This document shows, piece by piece, positions 21,743 to 32,700 of a DNA stretch of 33,864 nt. The DNA is from Nemertoderma westbladi (lineage: Eukaryota > Animalia > Xenacoelomorpha): positions 1 through 33,864 of the forward strand of contig JAUCBJ010002195.1 of assembly GCA_032718475.1 (NCBI GenBank), given 5' to 3'. The position numbers and the translations under genes were made by a program. Position 1 is the first letter of the stretch. Every line of letters starts with the position of its first letter. The notes under the pieces were generated by a model, which was given only the letters and a program-made list of their open reading frames with translations, ran no database searches and was not told the DNA's origin.

Positions 21743-22522
21743 TCATATATTCAATGTTAAAACAGATTTGAATTTACCGCCAAAATATAGGTGGCAGATT
21801 TGATCTGCCACCCTTTCCAGTACAAATTGCAGGTCTTTCAATCATTTGAATTTCCCGCGCTATGCAGCTATGGAGCAGGGTGGCACCTTTCATTAGGGAC
21901 TTGTCGACTTGTCATATTGTACAGTACGTATAGTGTACCGGTATAGCGAGAAATTAAACTATATTGCAAATATTGCACCACCATGAAGGGGTTGCCCCCG
22001 ACAGCCCGATAAAAATATAATGAATGAACTGATGAATAGACAATCTAAAAACATATTAAATGCAGCTAGACTGCTAGATGAATAGGCCTAATTAAAATAA
22101 ATTAAATATAATAGGCCTATAGGCCTATTAATTACGTATGATTAATTAGGAACCGAGAGGTTAGTTAAATTTAAATCAAGTAAGATAAGTACTTACGATA
22201 CGACTGTTACTGTACGATAAAATAATCTAAAAACAAAAGCAATTTCAAACCAGCAAGATAAATACTTCAGTACTTTAAGATAAAATCGAAAAAAAAACAT
22301 TTGAAACCAGGTACCGATCATATGATTAATGTACCGTAACAATCTAAAAAATAATTTAAAATCCGTAGGCGCCCTACCAAAAACTGACAGTCGAGATAAA
22401 ATGTGAGATTAGGATATGAAAAATAGAATTAGCGCACAAACTGTATATAAATAAATGATAAATAAAGAAATACGGTACAACTACCTGACTGCCTGACTAG
22501 ATGCTAGACTACACAACTAACT

Positions 22523-22649
22523 GAAAAAACAAAAACTGACTGACAAAAGCTAATTAGCTTTTGTCAGTCAGTTTTTGTTTTTTCTGCCAGTCTGCGGTAG
22601 GTCTGTTAGCGTATTAATACGCTAACAGACCTACCGCAGACTGGCAGAA
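22523..22649. repeat. Two abutting perfect, spacerless palindromes (62 bp and 68 bp)
   Basis: 22523-22584 has 31-bp arms centred on GCTAA|TTAGC. 22582-22649 has 34-bp arms centred on GTATT|AATAC. They overlap by TTC. Confidence 0.95.
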
Positions 22650-23584
22650 CCTGTTGCCTGTCAGCCTGTACCGGTAGCGCCGTAGCGGTACCTCACTTTC
22701 ACTACCGGCAGACCTGCAGACCGGGTTGCCGCTTGCCGGGTACGTAATACAGTACAGCAGTAATACATACCGGTACATTCATAAATAGGGCCTACTGCCT
22801 ACCACCCTACTGCCTGACTGCACACTGCAGCACTGAGCTGTAGTACTACTGTACTACTGTACTACAGTACTATACAGACTATACCAGTATACCAGTCTGC
22901 CAGTACAGCAGTACTCAGGTACTGCAGTATACTGCTATAGCCCTATCCTATATATATATACTGTATATATATATATATTGTTTATTGACAATCGGTATAA
23001 AATATGTAAATAGATACAAACACCGCTCATCCCTTGTAGAACCAAAAGTCCAAATTGCACAAGCACAAGTGAAACTGAAACTATATGCTGATAGGCTTAC
23101 CCTTTTACTGGTCTGCCGGTACAGCGGTACCGTAACTAGGGGTTACTTTGAACGATTTCAGCCTGTTGCACTGTCTGGAATCGATTAGTCTGACTGTATA
23201 GATAAGTACACAAGTGCAATAAAACATTTCACTATTAGGCTATAGGTACCCCCCACAACCTTTGGGTTGTCGGGTACCTGTAGCCTTTTTTTTATATACC
23301 AAAGTTCGTTCAATGTTGCCCCAGGTTTTGGGGTTACTTTGAACACGCATGTTTTTCAACGGATATTCAATTTTACCCCACTATAGGGGGTTACATTGAA
23401 CACTTTTTGGCATTTTAAAAAAAATGTAAGGGGTAGGACAAAAAAATTGCTTTTTATTGATTGTATTATGGCATAATATTAATATGTTAATTACTGGTAT
23501 AATTCTGAAAATTCAATATTACAATTTCAATAGCTGAATAGGCTGAATAAAAACAGTAAAATACAAATTTTTAAAAACACATTA

Positions 23585-24065
23585 CAACATAAGGTAAAGG
23601 TAGCACACTACTGTATTGCATATTGTTGAATATTTGCATATTGCACATAATTATATTCATATATACAATACTGTACGTACAGTACGGTACAGTACATTTG
23701 TTAATTAAGAAAATTGGTAAAAAAATCCCTAAATTTTACATTACAATTTAAATTGACAGAATATAATACATTAAAGTCCAAATTTATATAAACATATAAC
23801 AACATAAGGAAAATGTAGCACACTATTGCATTGCATATTGTTGAATATTTGCATTATTGCACATCATTGTATTGCATACAATACTGTATGTACAATGTAC
23901 AGTACATCTGTTAATTAAGAAAACTGTTAAAAAAAATCCCTAAATTTTATATTACAATTTAAATTGACAGAATATAAAACATTAAAATCCTAGTTTATAA
24001 AAACTCATAAGGGAGAGGTAGCACTATCAGTTGCATATTATCTAATATGTTGCATATTGCAGTAT
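23585..24065. repeat. ~210-bp tandem repeat (about 2.3 copies) in the pogo 3' region
   Basis: ACAACATAAGG...GTAGCACACTA...GTTAATTAAGAAAA...AAAATCCCTAAATTTTA...ATTGACAGAATATAA recurs from ~23585 and ~23799, with a partial copy from ~24004. Confidence 0.88.
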
Positions 24066-24155
24066 TGTAGTACATAAAGACAGTATGAGTTCGAGTAGGG
24101 TACCGTATTACAATTTCAATCATAAGTTTAATTAAAAGTTCCTTTCTACAGTTCT

Positions 24156-25646
24156 CTAAGCATCAACCACGTCACAGTTCTCACAAATAAATTCACCTTC
24201 TTCATCAAAATCTCCAGCACAGACACCACAAAACCATTTGTCACATTGATCGCACTGGACCCAGTTGACTGTTCCGTACTCATCCCATTGCCCTCGGCAA
24301 CTGAAACACTTATTATTCTCATTCTGAATAACATTCTTAGCTTTCTTGCCCTTGCCACCTTTTGATCCAGAAGGGACTTCTAATACATCTTCGTCGTTCT
24401 CAAAGTCTCTAGGGGTTGCTGCTTTCCCAGGTGTAAGCTTCTTTCCTCTCGGTTTTCGCACAGCTAATCCAACCTGACCCCGATTTTGTTGCAGAAGAGT
24501 AATAACAGATGCGTTTAAAACATCAACATTCGCTTCCAAATCTGAGCTAACTTGAGTGCAAGGTAACCGTTTCAGAACCTCTTGTGGGTTTACAGGAAAT
24601 ATTCCAGAAGCTCTAAAACCACTGACCAAGTTCTTCTCACTGTTAACTAAACCGTTAATTAAACGTAACAGCAGTAAAGGGAATTGCGGTTTCGGGATTG
24701 TCCCCTTTGAACGGCTTTCACATCTCCATTTATTTAGTATCGAACGCCAAAGAACTTTAAGGGGCCTGAAGAAAGCAACATCTAACGGTTGAAGGAGGTG
24801 CGTACAATTGGGGATTATAGGAATCAATTGAATGTTATTTGCTATAGCGGTTTCCACAACATCCAAAGTGAAGTGGCAAGATAGATTATCCATGATAAGA
24901 AACTTCTTACCGTCGATGTCCTTCGTGAACTTAACAAAAACATCCTCAAACCATTCAGTAAAGGTTATAATATCGAACCAACCACTCAACACTCAACGTA
25001 GAAGAATATATGGCATTTAATGGGCCACCAGTTCTCCAACCTTCATACATATTCTGGGCCTTATAGACGACCATCAGCAGCAACATTTTCCCTGTAGCAG
25101 CCCCACAAAACATAATGGATGTCGAAGCTTTAGAATGCTCCATAACCTTCTCCACTCTCTTCATTCCTTTCTTAACAACAACTTTCTTAGCTCCAGGGTC
25201 GTCACTCAGATTGGTTTCATCACAGTTGAATATATTGGTGGCAGGAACATCTTTCAATGTATCACGTAATTGGGCAAAATATGCATTTATCTCTTCTGGT
25301 GTTATACGTGCACGAGCAACTTTAATATTTCCAGCAACTCGACGTGTCAAATTATGAGGAGAAATAAACCCATCCATAAAGTCATTTCCTGGAAGATTAT
25401 TTGTAAATCCTCGGTAGGTATCTAATTTATCTAAATATCCCTTGATGAGATAACATATGTCTTCTTTAGTCACAGGAAATCCCCACTCCGCCATTCGACA
25501 CACAACGTTTACAAATTTTGACTCTTCATCCTGGCTTAGTAGAAGGGGGTGACCCGGTTTTCCTTTATGGAGATGTTTAACCTTATTTATTATTATTAAT
25601 TAATTATTAACCTTATTTATTTACCTTATTTATGATGTCGAGGCAT
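24156..25646 (-). pseudogene. pogo/DDE_1 transposase with CENP-B-type HTH and C-terminal PHD-like finger; frameshifted, first HTH apparently deleted
   Basis: Motifs MAEWGFPVT...NNLPG; IFNCDET; SGWF; LIMDNLSCH-(35)-QPLDVAFF; CFSC...WVQCDQCDKWFCGVC...FICENC. The frameshift comes from a tandem duplication of ACTCAAC (24984-24997). A probable ATG (MPR) at 25646 is followed almost directly by INKVKHLHKGKPG. Confidence 0.92.
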
Positions 25647-26144
25647 AACCAATGAGCTGGCAATGACAGATTGACCAACAGCTAGGATCGGGCCTACTGA
25701 ATACTGGAATATACCGGTAATCCAGTAATCTTAAATATATAGGCCTAGTCTACCTGTCAGCCTGTACCAGTATTAATTAAAATCTATATTCACTTAGTAG
25801 GTACCGGTACGGTTCACATCTAATACAGATTTATAGGCCTAATAAGTAAAAAGAATGTAATGTTCAAAGTTGTTCAAAGTAACCTCCCTGTTCAAAGTAA
25901 CCCTGGTTTATGGTAGCTTACCTGTCCGCTGTCCTCTGTCCTCATACTGTTACTGTCATACAAGTCAGCTCTCCTCACCTGGCAGCTAGCTGGCAGGTTG
26001 GTATGGTACTATACTACTAGTAGAAAGGCATTTCCTAAAAGGAAATGCAACCACGAAGCTAAGGAAAATTAAACACACTTTGACTCATCACTCAATTGCT
26101 TTACCTAGTTGAGGCAGTAAGGGGCATATGCCATAATTCAACTC

Positions 26145-27552
26145 CCATTAACATGGCAACTAGAGTTTACTAGAACTGCTGAGTTTTTTTACATTAAGAT
26201 CCGGTTTGTGGTTCTAAGGTGACACAAATCGGCTTCTAATGTAGGAAGTTTCATTGGGTAGTTTTACGTCCTAAATTAAGGATGTATTTGTTAAAATGTA
26301 TGTTTGCAGTGGTTGCCATGGAAAATGAGAAAACGAACAGTGTAATTCGGATGCAGAATAAGTGATATGGTGGGGTTAGGAGTTGGTCACAAGTCGTAAT
26401 ACAGTATATTTAACTTGTGCTTCAAATTGTAATGTTATACATTTAGACATCGGGTTCTACCTGGGTTGCCTTTGGTAACTGGTTTTCATAATTTACAAAA
26501 CTACGCTCGGTTAAGATCATTATAGTTGATTTAAAAACACCCAAGTTTATACAGTATCTATTATGGTTTTGCTACAAATAGAGTTATTTATATAGATTTG
26601 AATGATATATAATTTAATAAATTCCAGTTACCATGTAACTAGATATTTATAGAACGATTTGAGTTTTACAAAAAGTTCCAGCTTGTGGTCCATGTAACGC
26701 ATAAACAGTTTCGGAAACTTTTATCTTGAATTCTATCCAAATGAACTATTTTTTAATCAAACGTCTGTTTGCAGTGGTTGTCATCATGGAAACTGATAAA
26801 TAGATCAACGTAAATAGGATGCAGAATTAGTGATATAATGGGGGGGGGAGGGGTTGTTCCCAAGTCGTAATACCTTAACATTATTCTTCAAATTATCATA
26901 TTAACAAATTGAACATTTGTTTAGCCTGGTTGCCATGATAACTGGATTTTCCGATTAACCACATTTGACTTGGTTATAGTTGATTTGAAAACCTAAAGTT
27001 TCTATCTATTATGGTTTTGCTAAATATAGAGTTATTCATATATATTTGAATGATATAGACTTCAATAAAGCCAGTTACCAATTACCATGGTAACTATCTA
27101 TTTCTGGAACGTTTTGAGTTTTACAAAAAGGTTCAGGTTGTGGGCCTGATAACACATACCAAGTTTCATGAAGTTATATCGTGAAGTCTACGTCTAAATA
27201 AACAATTTTTGAATCAAAACGTATGTTTGCAGCGGTTGTCAAGGGAACTGAAATATAGAACAATGTAATTGGGATGCAGAATAGTTATATAGTGGGGATA
27301 GAGGTTGGTCCCAATAACACTTTAACCTTATGCTTCAAATTATCATTGTCAAAATTTTAACATCTGTTTAGGTATGGTAGTGGGGTTTTCTAATTAACCT
27401 CAATCGACACTGCTATGGCCCTTATGGTTGAGTTGAGAAACCTCAGGTTTATACAGTATCTATTGCGGTTTTGCTTCAAATAGAGTTATAAATATTGACT
27501 TATATTCCATAGACTTTTTTTCTAAGTCCGTTACCATGGAAACAAGATTTTT
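26145..27552. repeat. ~450-480-bp diverged tandem repeat (about 3 copies), rich in GTT(G/A)CCATGG(C/T/A)AAC palindromes
   Basis: Landmarks recur: TTACCATGG/AACTAG at ~26148, 26628, 27082 and 27531; GTTTGCAG(T/C)GGTTG at ~26302, 26767 and 27226; GGATGCAGAAT at ~26349, 26817 and 27272. Confidence 0.88.
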
Positions 27553-28199
27553 CCAGATATGAGACCCATCCCAAAAGATGCGCCTTGTTGAGTAATAGTA
27601 TATACATGAAAAATTTCAGGGCACTTTTAATGATAATAATGAGGAAGAAATATTTTATATCAATAATACACAATGTTTGTTATACCAAAATACAATATAA
27701 ATTCAAAGCACTATCTACATTTCCCTTCCCCACTGACAAGTCAAGTGGCCATCTATAGGTTTCTATGTCCTCCTCAATTTATCGATTTTATTCAATATTA
27801 TTGAGTGTATTGTTGTCCTTAAACTACAGTAATTAATGGATTTATTTCATAAAACAATATGAATGGCACTGGACATAATATAGATCAATTTTCTTTGCTT
27901 CAGATGATATATTATTATATAATCGACAATTCTAAAGAACTGATAACTTTGTACTAATTTACTGCTAATTATGGTCCCCAGATAAAAAAAATATACGGAT
28001 TATTAGTAGGCATAACTACAGTATATAATTTATTATTTTACTCTCAGTATTTGCCGGATTTGACATAACATACTGTAACTATGCATAACTAAACAAAACT
28101 AAGCTAAATGATCCAACCTTTGAAAAGTCTACAAATTTATCCTTCGTTTAGAAGGATAATTTATCCTACGAATTGTAGACTGAATTATCAGACTATTTA

Positions 28200-29128
28200 G
28201 ACGGCGAAAATGCTGATAATTTCGAAGAAAATTTATTTCGATCAAATTAGCAGCATTTCAGGGCACTTTTAATGATAATAATGAGGTGATCCATATTGTG
28301 AATGGTCGTATAGCTCCACCAGAAGTCAATGTCGATAATGCCGTAAAGTTTGGGTTGGAGTCGGCAAGGGCATTCAAATCAACTCTCCCACATGGTTTAT
28401 ACCAGAGAATAACGCCCTCAGTTTTAACTTTGGATTTGAAACACGCACGTTGCAAACATGGTCGCAAGACCTATGATATGGAGAGATTATACACTACTGT
28501 AGACTTCTGATTGTCTCACAGAAATGCAATATTGATTTGTTAGAATTGTTTAGCTATGAACTATGCCCATTGCCTCTATCACTATTTAATGAATAATGGT
28601 GAATTACGTTCCGGACAGAAGACTGATTTGGTTTCTCTGGCGGTAAATGTGGCCAACCAACTTCCCCCTATTGATTTGGAACTAGTTGATAGAAATGCTT
28701 CGCTATACCATATTAAATGGTCCCACAAGTTATCTGCAGCCGGTTATTGAGATGCCTACTGCAGCAAATATACAGATACTGCAGCTGCATGTATATAATA
28801 TTATTAATCGTTACTTTCCAGAAATTAAATTATTTTTATTTGCGTAAATTTACGTTTTATAAGGTTGCTATGCTAACTAATCTTCTAGAAATCTTATTCA
28901 GAATAATTAACAAGCAATACTGAAAGGTCACAGTTATCTCAAATATCTCCTTGTATGCTGGTTGCTAAAGAATGGAAACTAAGGTTAAGTGCTCTAGAAA
29001 AAAATTCCCCAAGGGTGCTGAAGTGGCACTCGACGGATTTTGATTACTCTATGGTCCGACTTAAGTTTAAGCAAATAAAAATTCGTAATGACCCAAAGTC
29101 ACGGCGGACCTTTCTGTCTACCTGACTA
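28200..29128 (+). mobile_element. Academ-like DNA transposon remnant (frameshifted transposase fragments and probable right end)
   Basis: Stitched fragments IHIVNGRIAPPEVNVDNAVKFG...LPHG...YDMERLY / RLLIVSQ...DLLELFSYELCPLPLSLF / GELRSGQK...LVDRNASLYHIKW resemble recalled Academ transposases. The segment ends ...CTACCTGACTA (TAG-type terminus). No left TIR was found. Confidence 0.65.
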
Positions 29129-29714
29129 TTGTTTGGCTTGCAATAGGGCAATTAGAATTTCCAGCTCAAATTGTTCCAATACAGTACGAATATTTTCTGG
29201 AGCATTGGATTTTTGTCATCTTTATACCCATTAGACTTATATTATAGTTACATTATAATATTAGGAAATATCCAAGATAATTAATATGGCCGCTCTACAG
29301 TAAAGTGACAAGTGAAGTCAACAGAGCGAGGCTATTTCTAAAAAAGAAAATCATCAACTCAGTTTTAAGTAAATAATATTCCTAGTATCATTTGGGACTA
29401 CATAGACGCAAGGAAAGAAACAATATTGACGGGAGGTGTGGGCCGTGGGGGGGGGGGGGGGGGGGTAAAAGGGTTGGAAACCAAGAAAAATCGCATGTAT
29501 TATTCAGTCCAATAGTCAGTATAGCCAAAGCAATTACACTACCCACACAGAATAATAATTGCAATGAATTAACTAACTCTAGGACACCTCACTTAGCTTT
29601 CTTTAATAGAGCATTTATGTGCGAAATATCCAACATTATGCAACATAACATAATTAAACATCCCGATTACCAATAAACCAAATTACACGTTTAAAACCTA
29701 GCTAGCAGCGCCCC

Positions 29715-32700
29715 CTAACGTTTTGAGGCACCTTTCAATAGTTTATATTTCCTACTGTAAGCCGCACCTTTCCTAACTCCTTTAACAATCGCTTTATATT
29801 GACCTTTGACCTTGGCTCTCTTCCGTTTATTAAGATGCGATATATCGAGAGGGATATACGCGTATGGGTCGGGCTTGCCTTTACGTTTAACGTCGCCCAT
29901 GGCTTTACTGGAACGATACTCGCTCCCGTAATCAATAACATCACCAACAACTCTACTCTTCTTATCCTTAGCTTCAGTAACATCATCAGTGAGAGCGTTA
30001 ACTGACAACTTGTTCTTTCTCTTTTTAATTCCTATGACATTACGAACGTCGAATTCATCATTATCGCTATCTGATTCCTTAGAATTCTTATTACTATTAG
30101 ATTTCGATTTATCTAAAATATCGCTGATTATAATTCGTCCATCAGTTGATACTTCGATGCTGTTACTCTTAGCAACAGAGGTATCCACGTGTTTATTGAC
30201 TACAACGTTCCTTCCAGCTAACGGGTCAAGTAGATCTATAGGATCATCGTCAACATCTTCCTGAATCTGTGTAGTTTTCTTAGCCCGACGATGTTTAGCT
30301 TTAGCCTTAGAACGTCGGGAATCCGTGAGGGTAGACCCTCCAATATCCGAGTCGGAATCCCGCAATACGTCGTCAATGCTCTCGACTAGAGGTCTAGCCG
30401 ATCTTATAGACCCGGATACCGAGGTCGCTATAGAACCGGTACCTGACTTCTTTGCTTTGCTCCGGGTTTGAACCTTATAGATGTTAGACAGTTGTTTGTG
30501 GTAGGCTTCGGGGGTTAACGAGATCATCATAGGATATCCGAACTTCTTACACAACCTCTTGAATACACCGCGGACGTCGTAACGATAATGGTGCCGATTA
30601 GCGTCGCTCCAATTAACCAACTTACTCACAAGTAACTCTATATGCTGGGCCAACATAAATTCCGGACAATATTTAACCATTGATGAGATTGTCTCTAAAG
30701 AGGCCTTAACTACAGTTTGTTTCTTAAATGCCAATAGCGAACAAACAATATTGAACACATCCTTAATTAAATCGGTTGATAATTGATTTTTATAATGGCC
30801 AATTAAACATTGTAAAGCAGATAAACTCGCTATTATCATGTTTTCCGTACCAACGAACCCACCAGACACTTTGGCAACGAACGATCCCAAAGCCGACTCG
30901 TTGGACGTGTCGTTCGCAATGAACTTATCGCACATATCTATCAGGAGATTGCAAGCAGCCTCGCGAGCCTTCACTCCCACCGCCTTGACGCAGAGGACGA
31001 CATCCGGGATTAAATCCAGGAGGAAACTCGATGATACTCCAGATAAACTACGTACGAGGTAGCCGTAGCAACGCAGCCGCGGAGCCACAGAAGCCGAACT
31101 CAGCTGCGCATCGGAGGTCAACAAACTCTGGATCTTATCCGCGTGTTTGGCGAGGAATACGTGGCCTACGGTCGGTTGTTGGGGGAGATCCGAAGATACA
31201 CGACACCCGCAAGCCTCCTCCAATAAACGGTAAGCTTTCTTCTCAAGTTTACGTTCCTTTGTGTTAATCAACTCTTCCACGAGTTCTAGAACGTTGTCTA
31301 AGGTTTGTAGATCCGCAGAAGAAACCATTACTACTAAAAGATCCACCATAAATTGTTTCTTCTGTTTAGTTTCTACACGAATTCTTTCGATACATTTATT
31401 TATTAAAGTCAGTATAAGTTGCGGTTTGGCAACAGGCAGATAAATACGGATCGATTCGAGTACCACGGAGTTATCCGTCTCCTCCGTCCCGTTCGTGTAG
31501 ATATTAAAGAAAATTGGTAGGAAATTCTTAGCGAAACGGGACATTACCTCGAGTTGTGGAACCTCCGCGTTCCTCAGCACGGAACGCAGGGCGGTCAGAA
31601 CGTGTCCGCGGACGTCGGGACGGTTGGACAGAACGCTCCCGAGGGTCGGAGCAATGCGGGGGAAGTTGTCGGAGAAATCGACGGCTCCGTCACAGAAGTT
31701 GGGAAGAAGCGACCAAATCTGAGTTTGTAATATATCGTAGGTTTTACTAAGAATAAGTTGTTTTCTTTCGCGTAAAATTAAACTTTTCTCGTAGAGTTTA
31801 TCCGCGAGTGGCATAAAATATTCCATGAAGAAGAGGATCTCGGATTTAGCGACGGTTTTCTTTAGGAGTCCGAGGAGCCATCCGCGTGGGAACTCCGTGT
31901 CGTCTGCGGATATCCCGAGCGGAACGGCGCGCAGAACGAACCGCGGCCCGAGACTGCGGATGGCGGCACCGAGGCAGGAATCCACGTCGTTAACGTACGG
32001 GAAGTTGTTGGAGGAACGCATCTCGGCGAGGGTAGAGAGGCACTGCGTCGCTGTCGGGACGCAGAACGGCCCGCAAACGGAGAAGTAGAGAGATAAGCAA
32101 CCGAGAACCGAGGGCCAAGCAGGATGGTATTTGTACTCCAAACCGCCTTCTAAGTGTAGGAATATTTTAGTTAAGGATTGCCGAATCGTTGGGGATTTAC
32201 TTTGCTTCAATATCGCTGGGGAAATACAGGAGTTTATTACAGAGTTAATTAAATCGGAAGCGATTAAATAATCGTCTTTATTGTTTGTAGCGAAGCAACG
32301 CATTGCGGTGGCGACGAGTCGAGGAAGGTGTTCGAATGCGAGTTGTTCGTGGATGCGGTGTAGGTTGATATGGGCAGCGAGCTGAGCGGATAACCAGACA
32401 CCCACTAGTTGGGAATCCCCCGGTTCGTATTCGTATAAAGCGTTTATTATCTGAGCGTTTAGTTCGGGGGGCAGGCGGACAGCGGGAGGGTTGTTCGCAA
32501 ACAGGTGCTGCAGGGTGGCGAGGGTCTGTCGGCGCATCAGGGGGTCGCGTAGCAACGCCAGTCTAAACAACGACTCGCATACGCGCCGTAGTTGAATCGG
32601 CGGGAAGTAGTGAAGGACATCCTTTAGTAGATTCATTAAGTGCAGCAAGTTGGATAATTCTAAAGATATATTTAATTTCTCGTCGAGATAATCAAGGCAA

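Larger units (their letters stand above)
9018..21912. mobile_element. MULE/Mutator-like non-autonomous element, expanded to 12.9 kb by nested insertions
   Basis: ~90-bp TIRs: 9018-9107 (ACAAGTCCCTAA...GGAAAGGGTGGCAG) is the reverse complement of ~21805-21912, with two small insertions on the right. Flanked by the direct repeat CATATTGTAC (9008-9017 and 21913-21922). The superfamily is inferred from TIR and TSD length only. Confidence 0.75.
23130..25913 (-). mobile_element. pogo-type (Fot-like DD35D) DNA transposon, decayed copy retaining both ends
   Basis: TA on both flanks. 24-bp TIR CCGTAACTAGGGGTTACTTTGAAC vs CCATAAACCAGGGTTACTTTGAAC (19/24). Subterminal GGTTAC(T/A)TTGAAC repeats at ~23331, ~23388 and ~25871. 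Confidence 0.92.

Noticed and set aside
29447-29465. Poly-G/poly-C runs (also ~4140-4163 and ~9704-9724) as functional G-quadruplexes
   Set aside because: These are simple homopolymers of uncertain assembled length, with no supporting evidence.
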